DNA of 64,000 nucleotides from a virus: IMG/VR virus record IMGVR_UViG_3300032516_000013, positions 1 to 64,000 of that record; one strand, 5' to 3'. Shown piece by piece: positions 54,876 to 64,000 of this stretch (position 1 is its first letter; each line of letters starts with the position of its first letter). The notes under the pieces were generated by a model. It saw only the letters and a program-made list of their open reading frames with translations, ran no database searches and was not told where the DNA came from. The position numbers and the translations under genes were made by a program.

Positions 54876-55946
54876 TCACATCTTAATATCAAAAGCCTTT
54901 GCTCGACTCTCAATATCAAGACCCATTGTCTTATAACCATATTCACTCTTTGCTATTTCTCTCATCATAACATCAAAAGGTATTTGATCCAACACATCTC
55001 CACACCATGCGCTTTGCTGAAGCGTCCTAAAACAAACTGTTGTGCCAACTTTTTTCATTGCAGGAGTGGGTTGAGGATCTTCTCCCATATAGATGTGGTT
55101 AAGATTATATTTATTACCAACAAATCCTGGCATATCATCACACCCACAGCAACCAAGACTATCTCCCATCCATCTTAAACGATTTTCCCCACAAAAGAAA
55201 GCTAATCCTAAATCTTTTGCTCTTGTTCTGATCTTTGTAAAATGTTCTTCCAATAACCAAGTAGGATAACATAAATCGCCTCCCACTTGTTCCATTCCGG
55301 GAAGCTTGCCTTCATAGCATTTCATTCCTTCGATTACAACACCATATACTCCAGCCTCTTTAGATTTAGGTAATGTAATATTCAATACATTGTCCAATTC
55401 CTCAATCATGTAAGGCTGGATTCGAACTATCATTCTAGGCACTACTGCTGCTACCTTCTTGATTATCTCTAATCTTTGATAAAACGAAGGAGCACCAGGC
55501 TCAAGTTTATCATATTCTGGAGATACAAGTGAATACTGAAAGCAGACATTGCACTTTGATAGCAAAGACAAATATTCCGGATTTGCTGGTAAAGCATGTT
55601 TTGTAGAAACAATCCAAGGATATTCTGTTTCAGCTAATATTTCCATGCATTGAAACATCCGACGCTTTTCCCTTTCAACGGGCTGAAAACAGTCTGACAT
55701 ACCCCCAAAATGCAGAGGAAATTTCCAATCAGAATCAATCCAGGAAACTTCATGCTTTCTTTCACCATCTATAAAGTTCCTTAATGCTTGAGGTCCTTCA
55801 TCATTTTCAACTTCTACTTTAGTACCAATTATTTCATCTTTTTTACGTCTCGTGAAGCAATAACGGCAGCCCGAAACGCAGCCTTTATAAGTATCAAATC
55901 TTACTGGATAATCACACAAAACTACTTGGGAACCTGCTCTTGGCAT
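54876..55946 (-). CDS. Radical SAM protein (spore photoproduct lyase-like family)
   Basis: DTYKGCVSGCRYCF (CxxxCxxC), GGMSDCFQP.E, STK, LEPGAPS...RL, RIQP; GGAGG SD before MPRAG. Confidence 0.85.
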   Translation of the reverse strand: MPRAGSQVVLCDYPVRFDTYKGCVSGCRYCFTRRKKDEIIGTKVEVENDEGPQALRNFIDGERKHEVSWIDSDWKFPLHFGGMSDCFQPVEREKRRMFQCMEILAETEYPWIVSTKHALPANPEYLSLLSKCNVCFQYSLVSPEYDKLEPGAPSFYQRLEIIKKVAAVVPRMIVRIQPYMIEELDNVLNITLPKSKEAGVYGVVIEGMKCYEGKLPGMEQVGGDLCYPTWLLEEHFTKIRTRAKDLGLAFFCGENRLRWMGDSLGCCGCDDMPGFVGNKYNLNHIYMGEDPQPTPAMKKVGTTVCFRTLQQSAWCGDVLDQIPFDVMMREIAKSEYGYKTMGLDIESRAKAFDIKM

Positions 55947-55948
55947 TT

Positions 55949-56173
55949 TTATTCCTCCTTCTTTCCACACACCATTTCTATAATCATTTTCACAATCGGC
56001 TCCTTGCCATGTTCCTTCATATAAGCTTCCACCTTCTCAAAATCATCGAGCCTAAAAATAAATGAGGTTGACATAAAGAGTTTAGCTCCCATTATTTCTG
56101 CAGCTCCAAAAATAGCATCTTTAACTCCTTTATGCTTGAGTCCCGCCCAGGCCGGTGCTTTAAATCTATCCAT
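55949..56173 (-). CDS. Hypothetical protein
   Basis: GGAGG SD before ATG 56173. Confidence 0.5.
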   Translation of the reverse strand: MDRFKAPAWAGLKHKGVKDAIFGAAEIMGAKLFMSTSFIFRLDDFEKVEAYMKEHGKEPIVKMIIEMVCGKKEE

Positions 56174-56174
56174 G

Positions 56175-56987
56175 CTATATTTCCTCCAAATGTTTCTTTG
56201 TTTGCCAATAATAATTTTCACAGTTGCCGCAGTCTTTGCAGTATCCGCTCTCAGGAGTACCACACATCGTAACCAACCGACCACCAATATTCTTCATTCT
56301 CTTCAACACGTATCTCATATACTCTGAAGTTGGGCACCAATAAGAATTTATATGACGAACTTTCCAAGTGTAAGCTATTCTTCCAAAATCTTTTCGATCA
56401 GAAAGTATACATATATTTTTATCCCAATCTTCTAAATTTTTTCTAACATTTTCCTGTTTCGGCGGCTTAATGGTTCCTGGCGGAAGTTGATCATAGTATG
56501 CCATGTATGTAAGGACGCAATTAACCCCCAATGTAGTAATATTTCTTATAGCATGTTCTATATGCAGAAGATTTGTTGGAGAAACTCTAAGTCTAATAAA
56601 CATCATATTTTCTGGAATTTTGGTTTCCCCAAACATAAAAACAGGTTTTTCCTCTTTTGGATTCGCCGTAAATACAACAGGACCAGGAAAATCAAATTTT
56701 GGAATAGATGTATTGAAAAAGAAATGCTTATACTGTTTTGCAGTTTCAATAACCAGATCTCTTTGAAGATTGCTGTCGTTTCCACAGTTTATGCGACATA
56801 TTCCATCCCCAACTTCTTCTGATGTAGGAATGCTTGGTTGATCAATAGGAACATAAAATGCTCCAGGCCTGTTGTAGAAACATTGATTACATTGATTTCG
56901 ACAAGGTCCTACTTGAGGAATACAATCGAACAAATTAGAACCTTCTTGTTTAGGATTTCGTTTGGTCATTTTTATTTTTCTCTGCAA
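56175..56987 (-). CDS. Radical SAM-like Fe-S protein
   Basis: CRNQCNQCFY (CxxxCxxC) plus C-terminal C......CKDCGNC. Confidence 0.65.
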   Translation of the reverse strand: MQRKIKMTKRNPKQEGSNLFDCIPQVGPCRNQCNQCFYNRPGAFYVPIDQPSIPTSEEVGDGICRINCGNDSNLQRDLVIETAKQYKHFFFNTSIPKFDFPGPVVFTANPKEEKPVFMFGETKIPENMMFIRLRVSPTNLLHIEHAIRNITTLGVNCVLTYMAYYDQLPPGTIKPPKQENVRKNLEDWDKNICILSDRKDFGRIAYTWKVRHINSYWCPTSEYMRYVLKRMKNIGGRLVTMCGTPESGYCKDCGNCENYYWQTKKHLEEI

Positions 56988-57232
56988 GATATTTCAGAAA
57001 TTTGTGTTGAATGTTCTCATTAAGCACATGTATCGCCAGTTGTGTGTCAAAGATGTTCATATTTTTTAATAGTTTTATAAACCCTGGACGTAACCTCGTC
57101 ATACCAATCTATTTTATTAGAACGAGTTATAAACTCATAAACATCTTTTAGTAGTTTTAATACGTTTTTAGGTAGTGGTGTTGGTTTCATTTTTTCTTTA
57201 GACATATATATTCCTCAATCTATCTCCTAAAA

Positions 57233-57670
57233 TTAAAGGTTTTTACCTTTCTCAGTAAATGGTTTTACACAGTATGGGTATTTTTGAATTATTTCTTCAG
57301 CCTGCTTATTTAACTGAGAAATATCCAAACCTTCAGGATATTTGAGTGGTCTATCGTCTTCACAATTTCCCATAAGCATTGAGTCTCTTAATACAAAAAG
57401 ACAGGCTATTGCTTTAATAATATGAAAGACACCACTATCTGGATCAATATCTTCTCCTTCCCACCAAGCCATAAGATGTCGAATTACAGCATCATAATAT
57501 ACTGAAGATCTTACACCAACACTCCTATAATTGTGGGAACCATACTTACGACCACCTTCCATCATAGCCAAACCTAGTTCCATTAAAGGACCACATGGTA
57601 CACAGTGAAAAGGAACTTTTTTAATTCCTAATGCATCCTTTGGATTAGTTGGTTTAGTTTTTTCGATCAC
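57233..57670 (-). CDS. DUF5664-like dATP/dGTP diphosphohydrolase
   Basis: TNPKD..G..K.P, G..KYG..N.R, Y.DA..RHL.AWWEGED.D.DSG..H...A.A, DDRP. Confidence 0.85.
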   Translation of the reverse strand: MIEKTKPTNPKDALGIKKVPFHCVPCGPLMELGLAMMEGGRKYGSHNYRSVGVRSSVYYDAVIRHLMAWWEGEDIDPDSGVFHIIKAIACLFVLRDSMLMGNCEDDRPLKYPEGLDISQLNKQAEEIIQKYPYCVKPFTEKGKNL

Positions 57671-57687
57671 TATTAAACACCTCTAAT

Positions 57688-57894
57688 TTATTTCCTTAAT
57701 TTTGCTAAAAACCAATTTAACATTTGCTTAAACCAACTCAATTTCTTTTCTACAATCTCTTTTTCACATAAATTCTGAAATCTCTTTTTCAAAAGAAAAG
57801 TTTCAGCTACAAGATTTGCCTCATTCCGAACAGATCTAATTTGTTTTTTATTTAACAAAGGAAGTTCTTTGTATTTATACCAAGGAAACTTCAT
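57688..57894 (-). CDS. Hypothetical protein
   Basis: ATGA-coupled to the sigma factor gene. Confidence 0.45.
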   Translation of the reverse strand: MKFPWYKYKELPLLNKKQIRSVRNEANLVAETFLLKKRFQNLCEKEIVEKKLSWFKQMLNWFLAKLRK

Positions 57895-58496
57895 TTTTGA
57901 TCCTCTAAAATTCCTCTTACCCTAAATTGATGTCGAATTCTTAATAAAGCATCCTGTATATATTTTCTAACAGTTCCTTCAGGCATATCAAATAATTTTG
58001 ATATTTTTTCACAAGAAAATTCTCTCTTGTATCGAAGTAAAACTAAATTCAATTCTTTTTGTGTTAAAATTTCTTCTTTAACCAATTGTTCCAATGATTC
58101 TTGTATAAATTCATTCTCCAATTCTAAAAAAGCAGAATTATCTACTTCAACAGATTTCTGACTTAAAATAAACTCTTCTGGCATTGGCTTATACGGAAAT
58201 TCCACCCTAATAGCACACTTCATATAAGCTATCATACGAGCTATCATGAGATCTGAAGATTCTTCTAACTTAACTTTTAATAAACCATTATTCAATCCTA
58301 TTAAAGCAGTCTGGTAAATATCCTCAGCATCTTCGTCCATTAAATGAGGACAAACTTTACGACAACCATGTACAACAGAAAGAACTAAATTATCCACTCT
58401 GGATAAAATTCTTTCAAACAATTGAGGATCTAATTTTTCTTGGTACTCTAAAACTAATTCTTTCAACACACCTTTAAAAATCTTGTCCGATTCCAT
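57891..58496 (-). CDS. Phage-encoded sigma70-family factor
   Basis: Region 2 EDIYQTALIGL; region 4 HTH S.EKIS.LF.MPEGTVR.YI..AL..IR. Confidence 0.75.
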   Translation of the reverse strand: MESDKIFKGVLKELVLEYQEKLDPQLFERILSRVDNLVLSVVHGCRKVCPHLMDEDAEDIYQTALIGLNNGLLKVKLEESSDLMIARMIAYMKCAIRVEFPYKPMPEEFILSQKSVEVDNSAFLELENEFIQESLEQLVKEEILTQKELNLVLLRYKREFSCEKISKLFDMPEGTVRKYIQDALLRIRHQFRVRGILEDQK

Positions 58497-60492
58497 GTTG
58501 TCCTTTCTGTAAACATTTAGCTTTCCTCAATAACATATTATACGAAGAAAGCTGCTCCTTTGAAACTCCAGTTTCAATTTTTTCTTCCCTTTTAACTTCC
58601 ACACCAGCTAAACGTAAATATTCAGAGTTAACAACATCTTTTGGTTTTGACATAGTTCTATTTAACAAATTCTTCATGATTTCTTGATCCGGAGGCATTA
58701 TACATTTTTCAATAGCTCTTGTTACTGAGGCCGCCACAGAATCAGAAATATCCTTACTTCCTTTTAATACTATTTCTCTAGTGTTTCCATCTTCCAAAAA
58801 TTCCAACTCTGCCACCTCTTCTGGATGATCAATCATATTTTTATCTGAATCTTCTTCCAAGTTCTTCAACTCAAAATGAAGATAAGGATGCCAAGGACTA
58901 CTCCATCTTTCTTCCAAAATTAAATTTCTAAATCCCCTATAAATATTTGGATCCTTATCCACAGAAAAATAATCACAAGCTATTCCTGCTCTTTCCAATA
59001 TTTGTTTATCACTCTCTGTAGCCAATCTTAAATCAAAGGTACATTCTGCAATATTAAATCCATGAACACTCTTTAAATCTAATATCATCTTTCGAACCAA
59101 TGCTAAAGGTATTCTGTCGCCAGGATAAGCTTTGATTCGAAGAGCAAAATCTGTTGCTGCCACAGGAACTTTTTCCACATGAAAAGTACCATCTGCATTC
59201 TCTACATTTTTTCTTGCCCAGCCAGAAATGCAAGACATTGCGAGTCCAAAGGCATCCCCATCCCCGGAATAAGCAAAGTCTCCGTGTATAAATCTAGGAA
59301 CATTTCGTGGAATCTTAATTAAATTTAAATCCAAAAAATTCAACAAGTTTATGTCATCTTTTAATCCAACATTTAATGTCATAACTTTGACAGGATTTGG
59401 CTCTTCTGTAAAGCATTTCAAAATCAAACTCTCAGAAGGAAATAACTTTGTGGCTCGAATATGAGATACAGATATACCTCCGATATCTCGGAGACTTCCG
59501 TTCACATCCCGCAAAAACAGATCATAAAAATCCATCGGAACTCTGATAATTTGATATCCTGCTCGAGTAACTTGTTCTAATTCTTCTGGTGTTTCTACTA
59601 TTTTTGGTGGGTTGTAAACATCTCCACAAGACACAGTAAACTCTTCCTTAGAAAAATCTGCTCTAGGTCTTGCCAACCAAAGAGGAACGTCTACAATAAC
59701 AATGCTTTTAGAATTTTTGTACTTTGCTATAAAAGTATTCAAAAAAGATAATCTTTCCTGCTTTGAAGCAACCATAAAGAATCGGCCTATCGTTTCCTCA
59801 TGTGTAACGAAACGAGATTCCAATCTTCTTCGAGCATTCTCATAAGCGGATACAACTTTTTCTCTTTGGATTTCTGAAGCTATTGGAGAATCTACTTCAT
59901 CCAATAATGCAAGTATAATATGCTCCCCCTGCGAACCCCAGCCGGGAACAAAGGGAGAAGCAAAGGTATATTTAAAAAGAGGAAACTCCAATTTAGGATT
60001 TAATTCCGATCCACCTAAAAATCCTCTCTCCCTAAACCAAGGAGAATTTACCAAACAATTTTGAAACAACTTATATGCTGTACTTTCACTTTGACTCTTT
60101 GTCAAATTGAAAAACACAATAGACATCTGACTGCCTGGAGCTTTTCCAAAATATGCCCAAGGGTCTTTAAGACAAAGGACACGACACATTGTGTAAAGCA
60201 TGCCATAAATCGCACAGAACGTCTTACCTATCCCAATCGCACCCGTTAGTACATAAACATATTTAGAATCCTCCTTAGCAACCAATTCAAGAGTATCTTT
60301 CCAAACCGGATAAACAGATTTTCCATTATTTGTCAATTTCCCCAGATATTGAGGACTAGAAAGAAATTCCTCCATACTAGGAGGCTGTTCCTTATAGTTA
60401 AGGCCAGTAACATAACTAAGATAGTTATGAATCAAATCCTTTTTACTCATTCTTTGATTCATTTCCCTTATTCCCTTCCACAAATTCAGCAT
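58474..60492 (-). CDS. Terminase large subunit
   Basis: Walker A TGAIGIGKT, Walker B LLDEVD, nuclease HGDFA and KDISDSVA. The true start may be M at about 60462. Confidence 0.88.
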   Translation of the reverse strand: MLNLWKGIREMNQRMSKKDLIHNYLSYVTGLNYKEQPPSMEEFLSSPQYLGKLTNNGKSVYPVWKDTLELVAKEDSKYVYVLTGAIGIGKTFCAIYGMLYTMCRVLCLKDPWAYFGKAPGSQMSIVFFNLTKSQSESTAYKLFQNCLVNSPWFRERGFLGGSELNPKLEFPLFKYTFASPFVPGWGSQGEHIILALLDEVDSPIASEIQREKVVSAYENARRRLESRFVTHEETIGRFFMVASKQERLSFLNTFIAKYKNSKSIVIVDVPLWLARPRADFSKEEFTVSCGDVYNPPKIVETPEELEQVTRAGYQIIRVPMDFYDLFLRDVNGSLRDIGGISVSHIRATKLFPSESLILKCFTEEPNPVKVMTLNVGLKDDINLLNFLDLNLIKIPRNVPRFIHGDFAYSGDGDAFGLAMSCISGWARKNVENADGTFHVEKVPVAATDFALRIKAYPGDRIPLALVRKMILDLKSVHGFNIAECTFDLRLATESDKQILERAGIACDYFSVDKDPNIYRGFRNLILEERWSSPWHPYLHFELKNLEEDSDKNMIDHPEEVAELEFLEDGNTREIVLKGSKDISDSVAASVTRAIEKCIMPPDQEIMKNLLNRTMSKPKDVVNSEYLRLAGVEVKREEKIETGVSKEQLSSYNMLLRKAKCLQKGQHGIGQDF

Positions 60493-61171
60493 TTGTTGCT
60501 TCTTGAGCTAAATTTGTTAGTTGATGAATCAATTTTTCTCTTTCCATAGGAGTCATTTCTTCCGCCTTTTTTGCTATTGATGATTCAACAGGAATCCCAG
60601 AAAGAGGAGGGTTGTTTTGTTGCTGATTAACAAATATGTAATTTTTGTCCCCCTTAGAAGTTGGCTCTCCTGATTCTGCTATAAACCCCATTTCTTTTGC
60701 AAATTTCATGAGATGCTCACTCTCTAATCTCATATCTTTAATCAGGCGAAGCTTCAGATTTTCCAGGTCCAGATTCTTTGCTTTTGCAACATTACAAGTA
60801 TTATTGCATTTTAAGCATCTGTAATAGATATTTCCCTCAATAGTTTCATGTTTATCTACAGGAAATTCACAACAAGCAGAGACTAAAGGTTCCTCCTTTC
60901 CATCCCAATGTGTGTATATTGCTTCCAGTTTAGCCTGCCGACTCATAGATTGTCGGAGAACCTCTTGAGCTAAATTACAAGCAACCCAATATTTGACATC
61001 TCTGTCCTGCTTAGTTTTAAACTTAACTAAAATCTTATTGACAACAGAAACTGGAACATCAGTTCCCGCATAATTAGACGCTTCTTCTGCAACTCTATCC
61101 AAATTCTGTGGATATCTCAAAAGAAGAAATCTAATGTGCTCTTCTAACTTTAGTTTTACTATATTTCCCAT
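60443..61171 (-). CDS. Probable terminase small subunit
   Basis: Directly upstream of the large subunit; helical, with a Zn-ribbon insertion. Confidence 0.4.
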   Translation of the reverse strand: MGNIVKLKLEEHIRFLLLRYPQNLDRVAEEASNYAGTDVPVSVVNKILVKFKTKQDRDVKYWVACNLAQEVLRQSMSRQAKLEAIYTHWDGKEEPLVSACCEFPVDKHETIEGNIYYRCLKCNNTCNVAKAKNLDLENLKLRLIKDMRLESEHLMKFAKEMGFIAESGEPTSKGDKNYIFVNQQQNNPPLSGIPVESSIAKKAEEMTPMEREKLIHQLTNLAQEATNAEFVEGNKGNESKNE

Positions 61172-61172
61172 A

Positions 61173-61535
61173 TCAATTCTCTAAAACACAAAGAACATCA
61201 GATTCCCCACAAAGAACCACAACGTATTGCTTTCCATCCAACCCCTGAACCACTTGTTTCCAAGGCACTGTAATATCATAGTAAACCTTAACACCAGGTT
61301 TTAAAAGAGAAGAAACAGCTTTCCATTTACCTCTCTCATCATAAAATCCAGGACCTGCCGCTAAAAGAATTCCAATTCCCTCCTGATAAAAATCTTGGAA
61401 TAATTTTGGAATTTCTATTAATCCTTTTTCCTGAAACTTTTCCGGTGGAGAAGATGGATAAATAAAAACTCGGTCTGCTGTAGGATTCCAATGGAAATTA
61501 ATGTTTCCCTGTTCATCATGAAATGGTGTAATCAT
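61173..61535 (-). CDS. Divergent GroES-like co-chaperonin
   Basis: P.ADRVFI, GLIEIP, G..LAAGPG, LKPG.KV, ESDVL. Confidence 0.7.
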   Translation of the reverse strand: MITPFHDEQGNINFHWNPTADRVFIYPSSPPEKFQEKGLIEIPKLFQDFYQEGIGILLAAGPGFYDERGKWKAVSSLLKPGVKVYYDITVPWKQVVQGLDGKQYVVVLCGESDVLCVLEN

Positions 61536-61750
61536 TTATCCTCCAATTCTTGTTCAATAATTTCAAGAGTTGATAAATTGCCTGAAATACCATAATGTAA
61601 ATCTAATAATTGTCCATTTTGTAATACCCACTCCAATGCTGCTTTCCACGCATGTTTTCTTTGACGTAAACAATCTCGTCCAATTGGGCCTCTTTCAATT
61701 GTTGGTGACAAAGGGTATTCTTTTGCATCCCATTCTTCAAATGCTTTCAT
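61532..61750 (-). CDS. Hypothetical protein
   Basis: FEEW...AWKAALEWV motif. Confidence 0.55.
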   Translation of the reverse strand: MKAFEEWDAKEYPLSPTIERGPIGRDCLRQRKHAWKAALEWVLQNGQLLDLHYGISGNLSTLEIIEQELEDK

Positions 61751-61754
61751 AAAT

Positions 61755-62357
61755 CTAATTCTCCTTTGGTTGTTTTACTAAAGGCATTGGAGGATCTTGT
61801 TGCTTCCATAATCTTGATCTTTCCTTTTCTTTTTTTCTTTTGCGGCCGGCCTGCTTTTCTTCTTTCTTTTTCAAAACAGACTTTATACTTCCTACAAGGT
61901 TTTCAGTAACTCTATTCTGGTTCTTCCAAAATGTCTCATTGATTTGATCCTTAAGTTCTGGAAGTTTCATCTTTAACTCCTGAACAGCTTGAACACTTTG
62001 GAATTGGAACTGTCTATTCCTAATCAACATTGCTACCACAACACAAATAGCTGCTATACATCCTCCTAGGGCAAGCCACCTACCAAATTCTGCAACCATC
62101 AGGGAAAGAACAATACCTCCAACATTCCCCAATGCTACAACCCAACCAAACTTAAAACCTCCAAATCCAGCAATTATCCCAACAACTGCTCCTACCATAA
62201 ATAATGAAAATAACCAGTCAACTTTCACTGTTGTACTAGAACCTGCTCCTGCAGAATTATTATATCCTGTATTTGGTCCAGGCTGTGAAGGATTTGCCAT
62301 CTTACAACCACAAAACATCAATATCAATAAACATAATCCAATTAATGCATTCCTCAT
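61755..62357 (-). CDS. Predicted lipoprotein with several TM helices (possible lysis accessory)
   Basis: Lipobox-like LMFCGC, three hydrophobic segments, basic tail. Confidence 0.55.
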   Translation of the reverse strand: MRNALIGLCLLILMFCGCKMANPSQPGPNTGYNNSAGAGSSTTVKVDWLFSLFMVGAVVGIIAGFGGFKFGWVVALGNVGGIVLSLMVAEFGRWLALGGCIAAICVVVAMLIRNRQFQFQSVQAVQELKMKLPELKDQINETFWKNQNRVTENLVGSIKSVLKKKEEKQAGRKRKKEKERSRLWKQQDPPMPLVKQPKEN

Positions 62358-62457
62358 TTTCTCTCACTCCCAATTCTTTTTCTCATCTTAAACTCAAATC
62401 TAGCAGATTTTAATGTTAAACAAGTCTCACATTTACCACAAGCTTGAATTTTCGATT

Positions 62458-63108
62458 TTATTTTAACATTTCTACGTGGCTTATTCCTTTAGACAGCGTT
62501 ACCAAAAATGAACGGTCTGCTATATCAATCAAATCATACTCGTGAGAAACCATTATTATTTGAAGACCCAACATATCAGAAAAACTCTTCAGCATTTTTC
62601 CTACCAACATCATTTTATCTCGAGAAACAAATTTTAATGGTTCATCCAAAATAAATATTGGCTCTGTCTTTTCTACTTGTATTGCCCAAAAAATGATCCT
62701 TAATGCAAAAGATATAATATCCAAAACTCCACCACCCAATTCATCTTCCAAAGAACGTCGAACTCCATCCTTCACAACAAACATATGAGTCTCTGGCTGA
62801 TTTCTAAATATCTGATTATCTAACTCAAATGAATAATTTTCCCCAAACACGTATTGCAAAGCTTCGGTAACAAGCTTCTCTACAACCTCTTGAAATTGAC
62901 TTTGAGCTAAAACTCCAGCAGCATTAAGAATCTCTTGAGCCTCAATTAAAGACTTGCCCAATTCTTTCAATGTGCTCAACTTATTTTCCAAATCTTCTTT
63001 TTGTGAAGAAATAATTGTATAAAGAGCTTTATTCTCTTCTAAAAATTTTCGAAATTTGATTATATGATTATTCACTTTACAAAATCCCACCAGCCAAATC
63101 ACATTCAT
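62458..63108 (-). CDS. C-terminal half of Rad50/SbcC (gp46-like) ATPase
   Basis: Signature LGGG...ISFALR, Walker B ILDEP, H-loop MVSH; no Walker A. Confidence 0.8.
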   Translation of the reverse strand: MNVIWLVGFCKVNNHIIKFRKFLEENKALYTIISSQKEDLENKLSTLKELGKSLIEAQEILNAAGVLAQSQFQEVVEKLVTEALQYVFGENYSFELDNQIFRNQPETHMFVVKDGVRRSLEDELGGGVLDIISFALRIIFWAIQVEKTEPIFILDEPLKFVSRDKMMLVGKMLKSFSDMLGLQIIMVSHEYDLIDIADRSFLVTLSKGISHVEMLK

Positions 63109-63134
63109 ATTTCTTAATCAAGTTCTTCATTTTC

Positions 63135-63443
63135 TTACTCCTCTGGAACAAGCCAATCAATTCTAGTACCTAATTGTATATTTCCATGCGTGGGAAATAC
63201 AAGAGGCTGTTGGGGTGAAAGATTTGTATGAGCTTCTCCATCTCCATTAAATGTAGCCCACATTTTCATTCCTGAAATATCATCTTTGATAAGTATAGCG
63301 TAACCAATAAGTTTCATTTTTGGTTTTGGATTTTCTACTAAAAACCAATCCCCATAATTATTCGTAAGAATTGAAGGGTTTGGAGAAGACACATTAAACT
63401 TTTTCTCTTTCCCATTTTGTTCATTTCTATAAAGAACCCACAT
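63135..63443 (-). CDS. Hypothetical protein
   Basis: AGGAG SD. Confidence 0.5.
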   Translation of the reverse strand: MWVLYRNEQNGKEKKFNVSSPNPSILTNNYGDWFLVENPKPKMKLIGYAILIKDDISGMKMWATFNGDGEAHTNLSPQQPLVFPTHGNIQLGTRIDWLVPEE

Positions 63444-63444
63444 T

Positions 63445-63726
63445 TTATTCTCCTACCTTAGCGTTTGTTATAATAGAATCCATTTCTTTTTCTAATTGTA
63501 CTAATTGAGCTTCATCCTCAGAATTCTGAGCAGCAATCTTAGCCATTTCCTCTTGAGCAGACAGTATTGAATCTACTCCAAACTCCTCTTGCAAAGTCTT
63601 CTTTAACTGATCCTCTCGACCCTGCCTTCTCTCTTCTTGACGAAGCATATTCTGTATCTCTTCTTGCTTTTTCTGAAGTCTTTGAATAATATCATCAGCC
63701 ATTTGATTTATTTTCCTCCTCAGCAA
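63445..63726 (-). CDS. Coiled-coil protein in recombination module
   Basis: Heptad-rich; L.EEFGV.S...A pattern. The true start is probably MADD. Confidence 0.55.
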   Translation of the reverse strand: MLRRKINQMADDIIQRLQKKQEEIQNMLRQEERRQGREDQLKKTLQEEFGVDSILSAQEEMAKIAAQNSEDEAQLVQLEKEMDSIITNAKVGE

Positions 63727-64000
63727 TTTCTATTTGTTTTTGAGCTTCTTTCGATGCTCCTCTTTCCTCAATCACTTGTAACAAAATCTTCTTCCAAGCT
63801 ACCACTGATTTTCCCTTTGAACTTCTAATATCTTCAATAAGTTGATTTAATGCTTGAGCATTGTTTTTTGTTTCTTTACGAGACAAATCAAATATTTCTT
63901 CTGCTGGGCTAACATCCAATTCCTTTGCTTCAACTTCTAAAGTTTCCAAATCTATCACAAACACAGAAGGCTTCAGCCCTAACTCTATATCAGTTATACT
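63695..64000 (-). CDS. C-terminal part of probable Mre11/SbcD (gp47-like) nuclease (runs off window end)
   Basis: Frame is open to the edge; KPSVFVID...L.V.PAEEIFD pattern; context upstream of the Rad50 half. Confidence 0.5.
   Translation of the reverse strand, partial: SITDIELGLKPSVFVIDLETLEVEAKELDVSPAEEIFDLSRKETKNNAQALNQLIEDIRSSKGKSVVAWKKILLQVIEERGASKEAQKQIEIAEEENKSNG

Noticed and set aside
57233-57670. Calling this a Z-genome (2-aminoadenine) phage
   Set aside because: No purZ is visible and an adenine methylase is nearby; DUF5664 alone is not diagnostic.
317-63828. Numerous short plus-strand ORFs in the track
   Set aside because: They are antisense to well-supported minus-strand genes and have no recognisable motifs.
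1-64000. Alternative genetic code (stop-codon reassignment)
   Set aside because: Core genes (capsid, sheath, portal, terminase) are full length under the standard code and coding density is high.

Overview
A 64 kb segment of a large, AT-rich, T4-like (contractile-tailed) bacteriophage genome. Essentially all credible genes lie on the minus strand. Reading right to left, the window holds a partial Mre11/Rad50-type module, the terminase, a phage sigma factor, and a candidate DNA-modification island (DUF5664 dNTP hydrolase, two radical-SAM proteins, a PLP enzyme, Dam). Next come duplicated pentapeptide-repeat genes with sigma70-type promoters, the portal (with a mini-intein), a tRNA-Pro, and a very long head region (prohead protease/scaffold fusion, major capsid, neck). 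It ends with tail sheath/tube, baseplate and fibre genes, plus a glycosyltransferase and a methyltransferase. The most striking feature is in the head region (about 14.5-41.3 kb). Several large proteins there are strings of unrelated small domains (lytic transglycosylase, GNAT acetyltransferase, SWIM and Zn ribbons, DUF5661, unknown modules) joined by a recurring E-S-K-h-x-E / E-S-I-x-E linker. One ~150 aa module occurs in two different polyproteins with the linker exactly at both ends, and many neighbouring small proteins begin with capsid-targeting-like peptides. I infer a modular capsid-cargo polyprotein system processed by the prohead protease. All functional calls come from motif recognition by eye; no database searches were run.
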